Shown here: positions 49,001-57,768 of the stretch, piece by piece
Layout: the number at the start of each line of letters is the position of its first letter
Numbering within the stretch: the stretch's first letter is position 1
Origin: a virus
DNA length: 64,000 nucleotides
Strand: one strand, 5' to 3'
IMG/VR virus record: IMGVR_UViG_3300007986_000012
Translations under genes and position numbers: made by a program
Notes under the pieces: generated by a model
What the model saw: only the letters and a program-made list of their open reading frames with translations
What the model was told of the DNA's origin: nothing
The model's database searches: none

Positions 49001-49756
49001 CCCCGTCAAAAATGACCCGGATACTCGAAGTTCTGTGTTTTCCAAAGAAACAATTTCTCTATCCAAACGAACATACTCATTAAACGAAGTCAGGTTTAGA
49101 GTCCAACCATCAAGACTCAGATAACTACCGTCTGTTTCTTTAACCACAGCTACATATATGTTCTGTTCTACATCGTGGACGATAAAAATTCCAGCACTCT
49201 CAGAGTCGAGGTTAGTTGTTGGGTTAGATGTAATAATGTCAGAGAAAACACCTTTCTTCAACTCGTCGTATTTTGCTTCTGAACGGGTTCTCTGGACTTC
49301 TACTGTGATATAGTTTGGAGTAGTGTTTCTGTCAGTCCAGTAGTAGTCTTGATAATTTATTATCTTATCAATGTTTACAGGAGGTAGAAAATTAAATTGT
49401 AACGCTTTACCCCATTCACCAAAACTCTCAAGGTCCACCCCATCACGTTCTAGGTTTTTAAGGAATTTCTCAAATGTCAAGAACTTGGTTTCCGCACCCA
49501 GAGTTGCACTGATAACCTCTTGGAGTTGGTTCTTCTGCAAATACTCTCTACCTTCTGATATTCTAGACAAAACCGAATTGTCTATTTCTTTTCCAACATA
49601 TCCCGTTACTTCTTCAAAATTCTTTTTTGTGAGGAAGCGGTTTAAGATGTTGTTGGAAATTCCGTTCCAAAGTCGGCTACGAGAATATTCTGGAAGTAAA
49701 GAAGAGGTATCAACTACCTCTCCTTTTTTGTAGTCGGTGATGTGCTTTCGAGACAT
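40085..49756 (-). CDS. Giant 3223-aa virion/baseplate protein
   Basis: Directly after gp6-like gene; TATAAATA at 49783-49790; NLDKIINY.DYYW-type N-terminal motif; repeated beta modules; C-terminal Pro/Thr linker. Confidence 0.8.
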   Translation of the reverse strand: MSRKHITDYKKGEVVDTSSLLPEYSRSRLWNGISNNILNRFLTKKNFEEVTGYVGKEIDNSVLSRISEGREYLQKNQLQEVISATLGAETKFLTFEKFLKNLERDGVDLESFGEWGKALQFNFLPPVNIDKIINYQDYYWTDRNTTPNYITVEVQRTRSEAKYDELKKGVFSDIITSNPTTNLDSESAGIFIVHDVEQNIYVAVVKETDGSYLSLDGWTLNLTSFNEYVRLDREIVSLENTELRVSGSFLTGAREGFILSLYTDLDGIQEFVEVQSYEFDEDNNESVFTLKTVPQTSPTRVSVHAYAYAARSESIYFQDVAEPQQVDEINIYDLGEPVWYDRREVFSSNGGFVLSLGENEVIQYFGGPASELVVGAEYGIKINSGPNTGDHDLSSWVEGAVFGDPDRFLVDGVEFFKDENISYQIYVKDSLSANVYAQENDFFFDTTTDILYQWIDGQWKTKVRSFSILYESENSKLRADSNDWADENKWVHKNQITNLSESRQATQPIIEYKNYIELSYFSKFEFEWAYRKTVEDQYKKVEDQPNLLEIRPIKIEESDSENVPVFQLASNELLLPARFGNMESVLTKGDNINLVGFNTNDGQYTIDSVEFVQFTPGERYQSVIRVVENFFSVGDDISDGGGTIYPERTSLGDTFDPLVTHWAFVGIKNITASGAEPEKNPMLDGPAIQIKTETNSVFQEYQTKIGLYWQEFNPTSTINGARLELDESLTDLCLIEDYQEGDLRLYIDGKRIYGRHTDIPANNTNYVGAIVLDSDLVITPDTLVRIELGEYWTHDIGRKDVVVVDPTGNSPDIYNLSRYKRIEQTKTKTNQYPLFKIYDILGNPLEESNSIFWFKENGEFELNRTLDLRAEYKRNERDLVFEHGLVDSEGKLRCYLDLRDNKIKTIWKKGEFNEQSVPEKIESDWDIPNSWKYNIQHELRKEVSLTDLFRHFKTITLAQEPTKYNSTNPEEVFHALNNPNFGLGGTIKEHNGNLDLLVSAMLGEQIDIPKTLDFVGDAYERLTYRWTLRYLENLSTFLEMSEVDLIENFENYTENNTRWDRLFGDSFSYADGYGIKNVISTSAILRMTGLSKPSIFKRGEDWIVKRHDGTYFTLDITNAQKSKFYGILTKNTQKVSEDSEAFPDIADYAEGDYLVRGVSSEKSISLYQLESGSWTEIDVIGQIANLLYELETLLYSAGQHREPLDEFYNLELTKTNSRFRDLEETEFLCLVGEDALHNTAFQSGDAFTWNYANTDIATHPLSGVFSARGKASWQGLYEEIYGTAYPHREPWILQGYEEEPTWWKTTYKNNDLGIDRFWKETMWDNIFTGVVPAGQELPNGTISTGNSGETQIYDYSPVNVTGSTVAGIASDELAPPYWDGSLSADPRFKPLFDKSLGNYVSSPNADFLFGQDGPVEWKWKNSSSYLYFLLKASFLCDPIEFFSRNYGDDLVQVDCLLANKETQNINPHFKTLFHGDYREDGTVYYSAGIQQWIVNYNRYLELDGGSSDYRDLWIGWNVNAAYIFNTLINDTTLGVSGDQIDIVARDYATFIDRQLNSTENTFSAINWAVQKRAPITERTHYETSNWVFKPYIKSPKKKKTIEYYPPQNYQVRLVGTNTFTTGGYQIKATEIDSPRGFWRAIYSSPLALTDVTGLTAGPYQFTIDIDGTTSTVVTIDGSLSPNTPTVGDVIASINDQISGAFIDLENGYLIIRSEATGLGSSISISLDSLFPVISSGLVSEDGITDFEFKKIFYVYGNVLGEFSAGDQITVSSSTNYGGTYTVDDVIYDFRRNETLVKVLEDVVITDDIVDGIVSPENTITIPWETGQEVFLNTDGVLPGELLNYIPYYIVKINGTTFQISESEDLAKLGTVINFATAGSGNFWVGKVTNTFKPLNRIDYAFRRHEPDTRLVKTLFEAQNVTRIQSLIDILFGYEALLEDRGIKSVPFDKTNKAEDSGRDNEWILEIEKYIVWLDTLIQRAEELPPRISATVNVDSSSFISPSGQFLATGQAVRLKAGEGGTVPEELNSPFNAFVPYYAIVTRSGAIQLAYSKNDATAGRFIEFSTGSGEVYLEIFKSDKVLPKMMTNPYYNHFVVSHDRGLPSSFERARNGLFERQNVLDVNGEYIDLENLLFFRNDRETSVLLTQNSENKIAGADYSIFEVSHICRFNQYTSGNKLIYDPFLGIKTPRVFLSFLRPTEPTGRLHVGGLVLSDNSLIDNIEKSIQDIRDYYDVYNNIRGDDTTEAVRRSVGYQGPKQYMENLGINEKSQFVFWKSFVQNKGTNFSLEAFTNQRALTGVTVDEFWAYKLCEFGDSKKKAYPEIKLNTDDVIRKELRLEFVPPTGGTIGKDYIPIRLTDFNRWENLPDVVDLMKPFKGYFLDVEETEIFTNAENLIQTSTITSITNNPVLRLNVPVYGAKIEYEISDEKFIASEGVDYRFINGLVIEFIATNIEVWQNITVTGLRYSYDSTNIFKLIDNKREERVVADIPIWNPAFGQENPVGNYPIDFKLEKDPASYTLDFDVNSSSGAFIKRESFWEEKQIGKVWLDITKKGYVPYYDKFIFPNQEERSLKWGNLADYGEIEMYRWTESDFSPEDYINEVEKQSLENIPLGEKLTGNPKSVVYKKVVNPGAGQARWEEEKTIVRSFPKAGIESSDLEDFTPEQFLDLYVNGKFTLRFNYVSYDVFLATLALAETFGLDIPDNSIITLVKEAVVPSEEEIDNGDYIRVHPHSKIDYIDRVSGDIKSKYYFWVRGDKSQKLLNNTTLTLFDAERELSDMTKPYAVIEGFREEGDGYGVLFGATYDPDDNNLPLRFSQLIIKGLANSVKNNSDYVLRLRKDFTLRDDLGLDLEKKNKHVDWKLIRKNQTSKIDFILWRKVVESTTGFEVVDELFNIDERVPVPSEERVRYDVLVRGASTRIGLGREQTLVDRDILRKLITQVLFEPNRKWSVGDIEAFYESYDLTVPEGYVQLLRAIYALFTVKEVNDIFFEILENSMIAKKKHPDFFKTSWVAVDVGNAGTILEGETLEIVKVVGSELECAVDVPPPPTPTPTPTVSVTPSVTPSVTPSVTPILSPTPTPSAASVPIWVDITPDTYWTGDPTTGDGQTPTVYTNPCWTKSFEGFNSMNIVINPAYENINIQGVRFTLTSSGTGGVSGDTQVTFDAISGGAGYQAMELVDGVPQIFEYTGLSGIIGTGANIDILGFAFSGEITLCSIEILTSDIIP
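40547..40594 (-). repeat. 12-nt tandem repeat encoding (SVTP)4 in a Pro/Thr/Ser linker
   Basis: TGGTGTAACACT x4 on plus; protein PPPTPTPTPTVSVTPSVTPSVTPSVTPILSPTPTPS. Confidence 0.93.
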
Positions 49757-49815
49757 TTAGTAGTACAAATCTTGTTTGGAAATATTTATAAGTCTCGCAT
49801 TAAATGTGTTTGTGC

Positions 49816-52737
49816 TTACAATCTTTGCACTAGTGTTTTTGAATCTAGATTTTGAACAATTTCGATATCATCAACACTTATGCTCGCTTGCAATATCTCG
49901 TCCTCTTTTGGAACAATTTCGTGAAGATCCCCGAAGAATGTACCCGCAGCCTTTGGTACCAACACGACAGATTCGATATTATACCCCAGACTATTGTGTA
50001 TCGCGGCAGACAATTCCGTAAAATAAAAAGGCTGACCGAAAGACCAGAAATTAATATCAAAAAATTTGTTTACTATCCCAACGATCTGGGTCTTGATCTT
50101 GTTGTCACTAACCACCGTGTTTTCCGACTTTACGACTTTTAGAGTTCCTTGAAGTTCTCTCTGTGCTTTAGAACCAATAATTGGTTTGATTATTCCGGGT
50201 TGCAATAGCATCGTGTCTGATATCATTTTATTTTCCACCAAATAAGAATAGGAGGATTTCAACTCGAATGGTGTTGGTCTAGTAGGTTCTTTGTCCAAAT
50301 TACCATTCAACCACGATCTAACTTTGGAATAGTATCCTCTTGTTATAATGAAGGTGTCAATTATGTTAGACGCCGCAGGATCGATTAGATGGTATCGGGG
50401 GGTTCTGTGAATCCACAAGAAGTTTAACCCCTCGACGCCTTTTTCCCTTTTCCACAAGCCCGTTGAAGACGCGGAATCTTCCGACCAAGACTGTAGGGTT
50501 TCTTCCGAAAACGGAACGTATACCCACGGGGCATTTCCATCTTCTCTTTGGAAATACACATAGTCGTTGTTCCCTATCAAATATGATAGATCTACTCCAT
50601 CAGGTAACCCGTTATTGTCCTCATCCACCGGGAGGATAGAAAGTGTATTAAAATCACAAATACCGCGCAACAGGCCCCTATTTACATTAACACCGTTGCT
50701 AATAACAAACGGTCTGTTGGTTCCAATACTACAACCGTCTACCCCGACGTTCGCTTTCAGTACGACAATGTTGTCTTTTTTCGAATTCATTGTATCATAC
50801 GTCAAAACCCGTTCATCATAGTTACTAAGATTGAATTTGGTTTCTGGGCTGTGGGCATATAACTCCCTAGTCTTAAAGTTTATGATCCAACTGTTATTTG
50901 TTTGTGAAGTTATGGCAATATCCCAATCTGTCTGTATGTTTGTTTCTAATTCGATTTGCCAAAAGTTATCTGCCTGATCTTCTTGTATCCGGTACGTTAA
51001 GTAAAGTGTGTTTGGGGCAGATGTTATCAAAGAATTGATATTTGTCAACAACCCACTGAGTTCTGCTGATGTAAACTCGTATCTGGCAAACACGGGTTGC
51101 ATTCCTTTCAAAATCAGAGAATTATAAAGGTCTTGTCTACGCAAAATTGGTTCAATGTAATTTTCAACCAAAGCCGTAATCAGGGGGACATTGATTCCTC
51201 CATCCTGTGGTGGTAGTTGTTCTGGAAGAATGTTAAAGTTCTTAATCTCAGAGTTAAAATACAAGACCATATCATCACCGAAAAGCTTAACGTTCTCATA
51301 ATATTCTTTCGGATCATGCCAACCTATGAATTTAGAATCTCCCGCAAAAGTTCTGTTGATAGAACGAAGTTTTAAGATAGTATTGTCTTGTAATAAAAAC
51401 TCGTTGTAATCTCTTCCGTTTACCATTCTATCTTGTGTATAGTACACTGATGGAGCTACTTCTCTAATCCTTGCCGCAGTCTCGGATGGTGCTGCATTTT
51501 GTATCGGTGCAGTCAGGGTGAAGGTAAACGTAAAAGTTCTAATTGCACCGGTGTTGTCTCTGTAGCGGATGTTGGCCGATTTATTTTGAATTGCGCTTCT
51601 TGGTATAACTAATCCTTCTTCTGGACTGGTGGAAGTTCTATACCAAACATCAAATTTTCCTGAAGGTATGTTAGAAAAATTCCCGTCACCGAAAATCAAT
51701 CTAACACCGTCATCTGCCAATGTCTCTACTTCGTATTTGTTTCTGTTGGGGGAAGTGTTATATAAAATGTTCTGTGCGTTTGTTACATCAACTTCCTGCC
51801 ATTCGCCCGTCCTAGGTTCGTTGTACCGCTCCCCACCGCTCAATATCTCGTCGGTTTCATCATCTATGTTGTTTAGCCATAAATCGGTATTGTTAATCCC
51901 CGTCCTAGAAAGATTCTTGGTCTGATTGGGCAACACTCCGTCCAAGAAAAACGTTTCTCGTTGAAGCTCACCCTGCTTTGTAAAAAAGAAAAATCCGGTA
52001 TTGTCAGAAGAATCACCCAAACCGTCAGACAGATACAGTATATTCATCTGTTGTTTTCGTTCCGGTCTTTTTTCAATTGAACCAAATTCATTCAATTCGG
52101 CACTGACCAACTCCATCGGATAAGTTTCTCCGTTAACAGAAACGCTGTAGCGTATTGCTTCGCCTTGTATTGCCTCGTTGTTTGTACCATATAATTCGAA
52201 CAGTACGTTTTGAACCTGAATGCGGTCTGAAGGTAAAACTGTTCCGAAATTTTGTGATAAAATTTTCTGCATCACTAAAATAAATTGTTCTTTCCAGTTA
52301 TCATTGTTGGGGTCATTCCAAATGATTCTAGTGTTTCCAATATTGTTTCCTTTACTGTCTACTAACGATTCTGTAGTAGACACAGAGGTTAGCTTAACAA
52401 GACCCCTCGCGGGTATGTTTCTTGATGCACTGTAAGAAAGAAACTTGGCTAGTCTAAGAACAGACTCTTTACGCTCGGCGGTGGCTAAAAAGTTTTCGTG
52501 TGTGTTTAAATCAATCCTATATGCCAAAAGTTCCCCAAGATAAGCGAACAATTCTATAATCGCCACAAGGTCAGATGATTCAATGTAATCGTTAAAATCT
52601 TCTGGATAGTACAGTTTCATATAATCCAACATGGACTGTTTAATACTATCGTAATCCCAAGCTTTAAAATTCACTTGCTGGAAAGAATCGTATGCCCTTT
52701 CCCAATTTTCGGCAATGTTCTGTAATCTATTATCCAT
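49816..52737 (-). CDS. Baseplate wedge protein (gp6-like)
   Basis: DYDSIKQSM.DY, FNDYIESS, ELFAY.G..LAYR.D....ENFL.TAER..SV.RLA..L.Y. Confidence 0.9.
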   Translation of the reverse strand: MDNRLQNIAENWERAYDSFQQVNFKAWDYDSIKQSMLDYMKLYYPEDFNDYIESSDLVAIIELFAYLGELLAYRIDLNTHENFLATAERKESVLRLAKFLSYSASRNIPARGLVKLTSVSTTESLVDSKGNNIGNTRIIWNDPNNDNWKEQFILVMQKILSQNFGTVLPSDRIQVQNVLFELYGTNNEAIQGEAIRYSVSVNGETYPMELVSAELNEFGSIEKRPERKQQMNILYLSDGLGDSSDNTGFFFFTKQGELQRETFFLDGVLPNQTKNLSRTGINNTDLWLNNIDDETDEILSGGERYNEPRTGEWQEVDVTNAQNILYNTSPNRNKYEVETLADDGVRLIFGDGNFSNIPSGKFDVWYRTSTSPEEGLVIPRSAIQNKSANIRYRDNTGAIRTFTFTFTLTAPIQNAAPSETAARIREVAPSVYYTQDRMVNGRDYNEFLLQDNTILKLRSINRTFAGDSKFIGWHDPKEYYENVKLFGDDMVLYFNSEIKNFNILPEQLPPQDGGINVPLITALVENYIEPILRRQDLYNSLILKGMQPVFARYEFTSAELSGLLTNINSLITSAPNTLYLTYRIQEDQADNFWQIELETNIQTDWDIAITSQTNNSWIINFKTRELYAHSPETKFNLSNYDERVLTYDTMNSKKDNIVVLKANVGVDGCSIGTNRPFVISNGVNVNRGLLRGICDFNTLSILPVDEDNNGLPDGVDLSYLIGNNDYVYFQREDGNAPWVYVPFSEETLQSWSEDSASSTGLWKREKGVEGLNFLWIHRTPRYHLIDPAASNIIDTFIITRGYYSKVRSWLNGNLDKEPTRPTPFELKSSYSYLVENKMISDTMLLQPGIIKPIIGSKAQRELQGTLKVVKSENTVVSDNKIKTQIVGIVNKFFDINFWSFGQPFYFTELSAAIHNSLGYNIESVVLVPKAAGTFFGDLHEIVPKEDEILQASISVDDIEIVQNLDSKTLVQRL

Positions 52738-53101
52738 CGAATTCTAACCTTATCTCCATAGTGTCATTAAAATTTATTTCAAGGTATCGTAAGTGTGCTA
52801 TAACAACAACTGCTTTTTCTTCGTATACGGGGTTGACGGATAAATCAAGAACCGCGACCCTAGGATCGTTATCAAAGACGTTTGTAAACTCAAGTTCCAA
52901 AAGTGCCAACGTGTTTTGGTCCAGCGGCTGAAACAACAATTCCTGAATAGAAGTTCCGTAATTTGGCATCATAAGCCGCTGGCCCTTAGAGGTGAATATA
53001 TTGTTCAACAAGTCCTGTTTTACAAGTTGTACGTCTTTTAACAAGATCTTTTTGTCATCCTCGTAGCTTTTAAGGCTAGGACCCCTATAAAACGTTGTCA
53101 T
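52730..53101 (-). CDS. Baseplate wedge protein (gp25-like)
   Basis: VKQDLLN.IFT.KG.RLM.PNYGT.I..LLF.P, DPRV; TATAAATA at 53129-53136. Confidence 0.9.
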   Translation of the reverse strand: MTTFYRGPSLKSYEDDKKILLKDVQLVKQDLLNNIFTSKGQRLMMPNYGTSIQELLFQPLDQNTLALLELEFTNVFDNDPRVAVLDLSVNPVYEEKAVVVIAHLRYLEINFNDTMEIRLEFDG

Positions 53102-53141
53102 GTAGTTCCGCTGTTTTCTACTCGAAACTATTTATAAAAAA

Positions 53142-53480
53142 TTACCTTCTCCACAATGGGCCACGTTCATTTTTAAAATCACCTTCTATGACACCGATGG
53201 GTTTTCGACCCTCCGGGTTGGTTACATTGTCATATTGGTCAATCCAGTCTGTGTTGTTCTTATAACCGTCGTTGGTTTCATTTACGGAATCACCCCCGTC
53301 TTGTTTCATAACGCGTGGCCATGGTTCATGATCCGGCACCCTGTTTGTCCACGGGGCAATCTCGGTTAAAGACAGGCAAGATTTTTGTGCGAACGGGGGT
53401 TGAGTGTCCGCAAATGCAGGTGCATAGTTTTCGAAGTCCTGTACTACTTCGGCGTTCTTGGTCCATGTGTTGCTCATCAC
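53142..53480 (-). CDS. Small protein with RVPDHEPW motif, possible detached spike C-terminus
   Basis: 4-nt overlap with the gp5-like stop; APWTNRVPDHEPWPR. Confidence 0.6.
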   Translation of the reverse strand: MMSNTWTKNAEVVQDFENYAPAFADTQPPFAQKSCLSLTEIAPWTNRVPDHEPWPRVMKQDGGDSVNETNDGYKNNTDWIDQYDNVTNPEGRKPIGVIEGDFKNERGPLWRR

Positions 53481-55981
53481 GGGCCACCAAATTCTGAAAT
53501 AGCATTGCTATAAGCATTAAAGAAAATCACTTGTTCCTCCAAAGAGGTATAGTCCAGCCCATTTACGGTTGCAGGTGTCTCTTGTATTTTTGTATTTATT
53601 ACAATTAGGGACCGTAGGTGGTCATTTGTTTCATTCTGTAGAATTGTAAGTCGTGGAACTACAGTAGATCCTACGTTCTCGTTAAACACATTTACGGCAC
53701 TGTTAAAAGATGCGAGAGAGTCATTTAGTCCCCCAATTCCAGTTGTGTATGACGCAATATGTGTGCTATTATCTGTGATGTTTATATTCACCAAATTTTC
53801 TAACGAGTCTTTGATTTGGTTGATGTTATTCTTAATGTTGTCTATCGCGTTGTTGATGTTCATGTCAACCTGATTACTCGCTATATCCAAAACGTCGATA
53901 GAATTTTCAAAATTTAGTTTCTGGCGATCAAACCAAGATTTAAAGTTATCTTGTGTCCATCCCCCCAAATCTATATTTAAAAATAGTCCATCTGGTACCG
54001 GATTGAAATTTTCTATATTCGAGAAATTCCCTACGTCTATACAGAAGTTAAAGTTGAACTCCGGTAAGTCTAGAGATGGTATTCGTAAAGTAGGAACACT
54101 TGGAAATGTGGGCAACGCCGGTATGGTGATATCTAGAATATCCAATGGGTTGGAGACTCCGACAATTTCAGCCAATTTTTCCCCCACCGTGAATGCTAAA
54201 TCGTTTACGGTTCCCTGTATGGAATTAAAATTGTCGTTTATTGTTTGTACTGATGTTGCTATAGCTGAATTGTCTATGGCCATCTGGATGTTGTCCAACG
54301 CGTCAAAGTTTATTTCCGTCGGTTTAAAAGAAACGTTCACGCCACCCGTAAGAGATATGCACCCACCACCGAGAAGATTGCCGTCGATGGTGGGTCTTTT
54401 TTCGCCATCTATCCCAAACCCGTCGTTGGTTTGCTGTGCGATTTCTTTTGCACTTTGGCTGACTATTTGGCCCACGGAGAAAAAATTCATGAAAGGGTTT
54501 CTCATTGTTATTTGGTTGGCCCCGTTGTTGGACATTAACTTCATGTTTTCTTCTAACGCTTCCAATGTCAAGTCTCCTTCGTATGTCTTTATCGACATAT
54601 CCAACAAAGAACCTATGTCCATCTTTCCAGTAAAAGAAAATATCTTAGTGTCACTCACCGATTGCATAATGTTATCATTTCCGGAAAATATTGAGGTGTT
54701 TCCAGAAGCGTGGTGGTTGTAGTCTCCGTCTACCGACACACTGTAATTGCCTCCATTTAATATTGTATTGGCATCCCCGTCTACTTGGATAAACATGCCA
54801 CCGCCCACTGTTTGACAAATATCTTTGGCGATTTCTTCGAGTTTGTTTTCGTATACTAGAGTTCGTAAGTTTTTTTCCACTAATATGTGTGTGTCGGCGG
54901 TTGAATGTAATCTGATCTCACCGTCTTCCGGTTTGTCCGAATCTAGTGAAGACTGCCCCTCTGTGTTACCGGCGTACATGTATATTCCTTTGTTGGCCTT
55001 TACTCTAAAAGTACCATCCGTAGAGAAATTAATATCTTCTTTCGCTCGCATACTTATTCTGCGTTCCGAGTATCCATCGATGTTCCCGTTAGAATCCATC
55101 TCTATCCAGCTTTTTCCTTCGTTGGTTGCAACATATATTCTTTCGTTGGTGTCATCTAAAATTATCTGATGTCCGGTAGAAGAACGCAGCCGTATCCTAT
55201 TATTGTAAGGACGGTCGTCCATGGTGAAAGCATGGAATCCCGGTGTAGAAAAACCGAAAACCCTAGAGGCCAAGAATGAACCTAGAGCTTTATTGCCAGA
55301 CCAGTCATAGCCATGTGCTCCTACGATAGGCTTAACCCATTCGTCGCCCTCGGACTCCCTAATTTCCGGATACTGCTGATCAATCATATCCTCCTCTTCG
55401 TGGCCAACATTTCCGGTCGCTTGATATTCGGATTGACGGGTTTTCCATTCTGCGGAATCTTTTTCACCCCTAAATGCCTTTTCTGCGTTAGTGTATTGGG
55501 GTTCTATAGAATTCTTGGTAGAAGTAAGGGGGCCGTCTACCGTGCCCCCTTCTTTCCAATCATAGCGTCCATGAAACAACGAGTGCATTTCTCTGTGGGG
55601 CTGCATACACCCCATCCAAACTCTTCTTCTTTCGTCACCGTCTATACAGGTCACCAGAACAAGAGATCCTTGTTCCGGAATTGCCCAGAAACCATATGCT
55701 ATAGCACCTTGACTCTTTTCTGGACCCTTCCCGGTCCCCCTAGTAAACTCGCCGTTCGAAATTACCCCCCCATACGGAGATACATATGAAGCCCACGGGA
55801 GGTGGTGTATTTTTTTTGGATCGTCGTTCAGATTAGCACAAAAAACCCTCAAACGACCATTTTGTAATGGATCATCGGTATCTACCACAACACCAACAGT
55901 AATACCACTTGAGTTGTACTTGGTGTCGCCCACTTCCAATTCGGAATTCAAAATTTTTAGTAATTGTTGTTCGTCAAGCAT
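53477..55981 (-). CDS. Baseplate central spike (gp5/VgrG-like)
   Basis: OB-fold GVVVDTDDPLQNGRLRV..LPW, W...P..G..VLV, then GHQIILDD...WIEM.SNGNI beta-helix repeats. Confidence 0.85.
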   Translation of the reverse strand: MLDEQQLLKILNSELEVGDTKYNSSGITVGVVVDTDDPLQNGRLRVFCANLNDDPKKIHHLPWASYVSPYGGVISNGEFTRGTGKGPEKSQGAIAYGFWAIPEQGSLVLVTCIDGDERRRVWMGCMQPHREMHSLFHGRYDWKEGGTVDGPLTSTKNSIEPQYTNAEKAFRGEKDSAEWKTRQSEYQATGNVGHEEEDMIDQQYPEIRESEGDEWVKPIVGAHGYDWSGNKALGSFLASRVFGFSTPGFHAFTMDDRPYNNRIRLRSSTGHQIILDDTNERIYVATNEGKSWIEMDSNGNIDGYSERRISMRAKEDINFSTDGTFRVKANKGIYMYAGNTEGQSSLDSDKPEDGEIRLHSTADTHILVEKNLRTLVYENKLEEIAKDICQTVGGGMFIQVDGDANTILNGGNYSVSVDGDYNHHASGNTSIFSGNDNIMQSVSDTKIFSFTGKMDIGSLLDMSIKTYEGDLTLEALEENMKLMSNNGANQITMRNPFMNFFSVGQIVSQSAKEIAQQTNDGFGIDGEKRPTIDGNLLGGGCISLTGGVNVSFKPTEINFDALDNIQMAIDNSAIATSVQTINDNFNSIQGTVNDLAFTVGEKLAEIVGVSNPLDILDITIPALPTFPSVPTLRIPSLDLPEFNFNFCIDVGNFSNIENFNPVPDGLFLNIDLGGWTQDNFKSWFDRQKLNFENSIDVLDIASNQVDMNINNAIDNIKNNINQIKDSLENLVNINITDNSTHIASYTTGIGGLNDSLASFNSAVNVFNENVGSTVVPRLTILQNETNDHLRSLIVINTKIQETPATVNGLDYTSLEEQVIFFNAYSNAISEFGGP

Positions 55982-55983
55982 AA

Positions 55984-57768
55984 TTATATAATATCGTCCG
56001 ATCTAGCAAGTGTTAACGTCTGGTGAAAATGACTACCCTCAATTATCGTAGTTATTTTCTGGATATGCATCCATTCCTGATGATAAAATACCTCTGGCTC
56101 TGGCCCGCCGACATCCTCGTAATTCGTGTCGAGATATATATTCAACTTGGCATACCAAGGGAGTATTTCGGGTAATTGGTAGTGTACTGCGTTTGGGTGA
56201 GAACTGGTTGTCGCCGCACTAGGTTTTCGAAGAGTGTCATTGTATAAATCAGGATTCCCGTGAATATTTATTATGAATGTTGATTCTTGTAACGACTGCA
56301 TTCTGTATTGTTTTTTCATACATTCTGCCCATTCTTTGGGGTATTCTACACCCAAGGTTCGATCATTTCCAACCTTGGCTCTGAACCCACTGTATCCGGT
56401 CATGAAAAACTCCCGGTCTCTCTCGCGTTCGCCGGTAATGGGTTCCCTTTCACCCCCATATGCAGTTCTTCCTGAAACAGTATCTATTACGTCTTCTACA
56501 ATGTCTATTTTATCCGTTCTACTAGCTACTCCGACCAGCGCCCTAACATCGTGGTTTTGATTTGAAGAATAAAAAAATGTTAAGGGTTCTTTGGCGCTCT
56601 CCCCCGGTCCAGTATTCTTTCCCGTCGAAAAATTTACAGGTACTTCAAACCTTTTTATGACAATATCGTACAGTAGTTCTGAGCCCTGTTTTCTCCATAC
56701 GAAACAAATTTTATGACTATACCCCTGTGCGGAATCTATTCCTGTTTTTCTTGACATTTTCATTATCCTATCAATCAGGTCCAGCAAGGTCTCACCGCTC
56801 GTTGAAGGTATCACTCTTATACCCTTTTCGTTCGCATCAAGTTCCGGTTGTTCAAAAGGTAAATTTCTATTGTCTATCTCGTAATTGTTGTATTTTGGAT
56901 CTAGATGTATGTTGAATTTAATCTTCAATTCTTTTTGTTGAACAGAAGGATTTCTTAGTTTAAAAGTGTAATTGTCTCTTATAACTGCTTGCCAATCCTG
57001 TAGTTGATTTTTGTGGATCTTCGTAGACTCGTTGAGGTCTACTTGTAATGCTTCGAATGCATCCTGTAGAGTTCGCATGGGCTTGCTTTTTTCTAGCCGA
57101 TCTTTCCTAAATGGATTTTTTTCTGCGTCTTCTTCCCCACGAGGTTTTATAGAACCCCCACTGGGGTTGGGGGTTGGTGTCTCTTCATGGAGTTGTCCGT
57201 CTTTATGCGTCACCGTCATACTATATAATAAATTCAATTTTGAAGATAATCCTATGGTATTATGGCAAGCCATGAAATACATTTCATAATAGTTATGGGT
57301 GTCCATAAATTTATATTTGAAGTCGTTAACCACAAAAATTAAAGGTTCGCTTCTTGTAGTCCTTTCATCTCCTTCTGGATAGTGGAAATGTACGTCTAGT
57401 CGAAATGATAAATTCTCTATAGATATACCCAAAACATCAACTACTTCGTTCTTCAAAAAACCGAAAAAATCTCCTCCGGATACATCATGCAAAATGAATT
57501 TTCCTAGTGCGGAGGTGCTGCTTGTATCAGTGCTTGTCCAAGAATAATCATATTGGAGCCTTTTACCAACAAATCTTTTTGTTCCTGTTCCGAAAGAATC
57601 ATTCAAAATCAATACTCCACCTCCCGGTAGAAGTTTGCCTTCCGGACCATCTGTTAGCTTGGGTGCGTTGCCATCGTTTTCTGCGCTGGCCGTATTAGAC
57701 CACGCAGACAAAATGAATGTTGTAGAATAAGAAGAATACTTCTCTAAGGGATTTCTAGGTTCACTCAT
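55984..57768 (-). CDS. Probable baseplate hub protein (gp27-like)
   Basis: RNPLEKYSSYS start, position between gp53-like and gp5-like genes, C-terminal I.GNP...F.QTL. Confidence 0.55.
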   Translation of the reverse strand: MSEPRNPLEKYSSYSTTFILSAWSNTASAENDGNAPKLTDGPEGKLLPGGGVLILNDSFGTGTKRFVGKRLQYDYSWTSTDTSSTSALGKFILHDVSGGDFFGFLKNEVVDVLGISIENLSFRLDVHFHYPEGDERTTRSEPLIFVVNDFKYKFMDTHNYYEMYFMACHNTIGLSSKLNLLYSMTVTHKDGQLHEETPTPNPSGGSIKPRGEEDAEKNPFRKDRLEKSKPMRTLQDAFEALQVDLNESTKIHKNQLQDWQAVIRDNYTFKLRNPSVQQKELKIKFNIHLDPKYNNYEIDNRNLPFEQPELDANEKGIRVIPSTSGETLLDLIDRIMKMSRKTGIDSAQGYSHKICFVWRKQGSELLYDIVIKRFEVPVNFSTGKNTGPGESAKEPLTFFYSSNQNHDVRALVGVASRTDKIDIVEDVIDTVSGRTAYGGEREPITGERERDREFFMTGYSGFRAKVGNDRTLGVEYPKEWAECMKKQYRMQSLQESTFIINIHGNPDLYNDTLRKPSAATTSSHPNAVHYQLPEILPWYAKLNIYLDTNYEDVGGPEPEVFYHQEWMHIQKITTIIEGSHFHQTLTLARSDDII

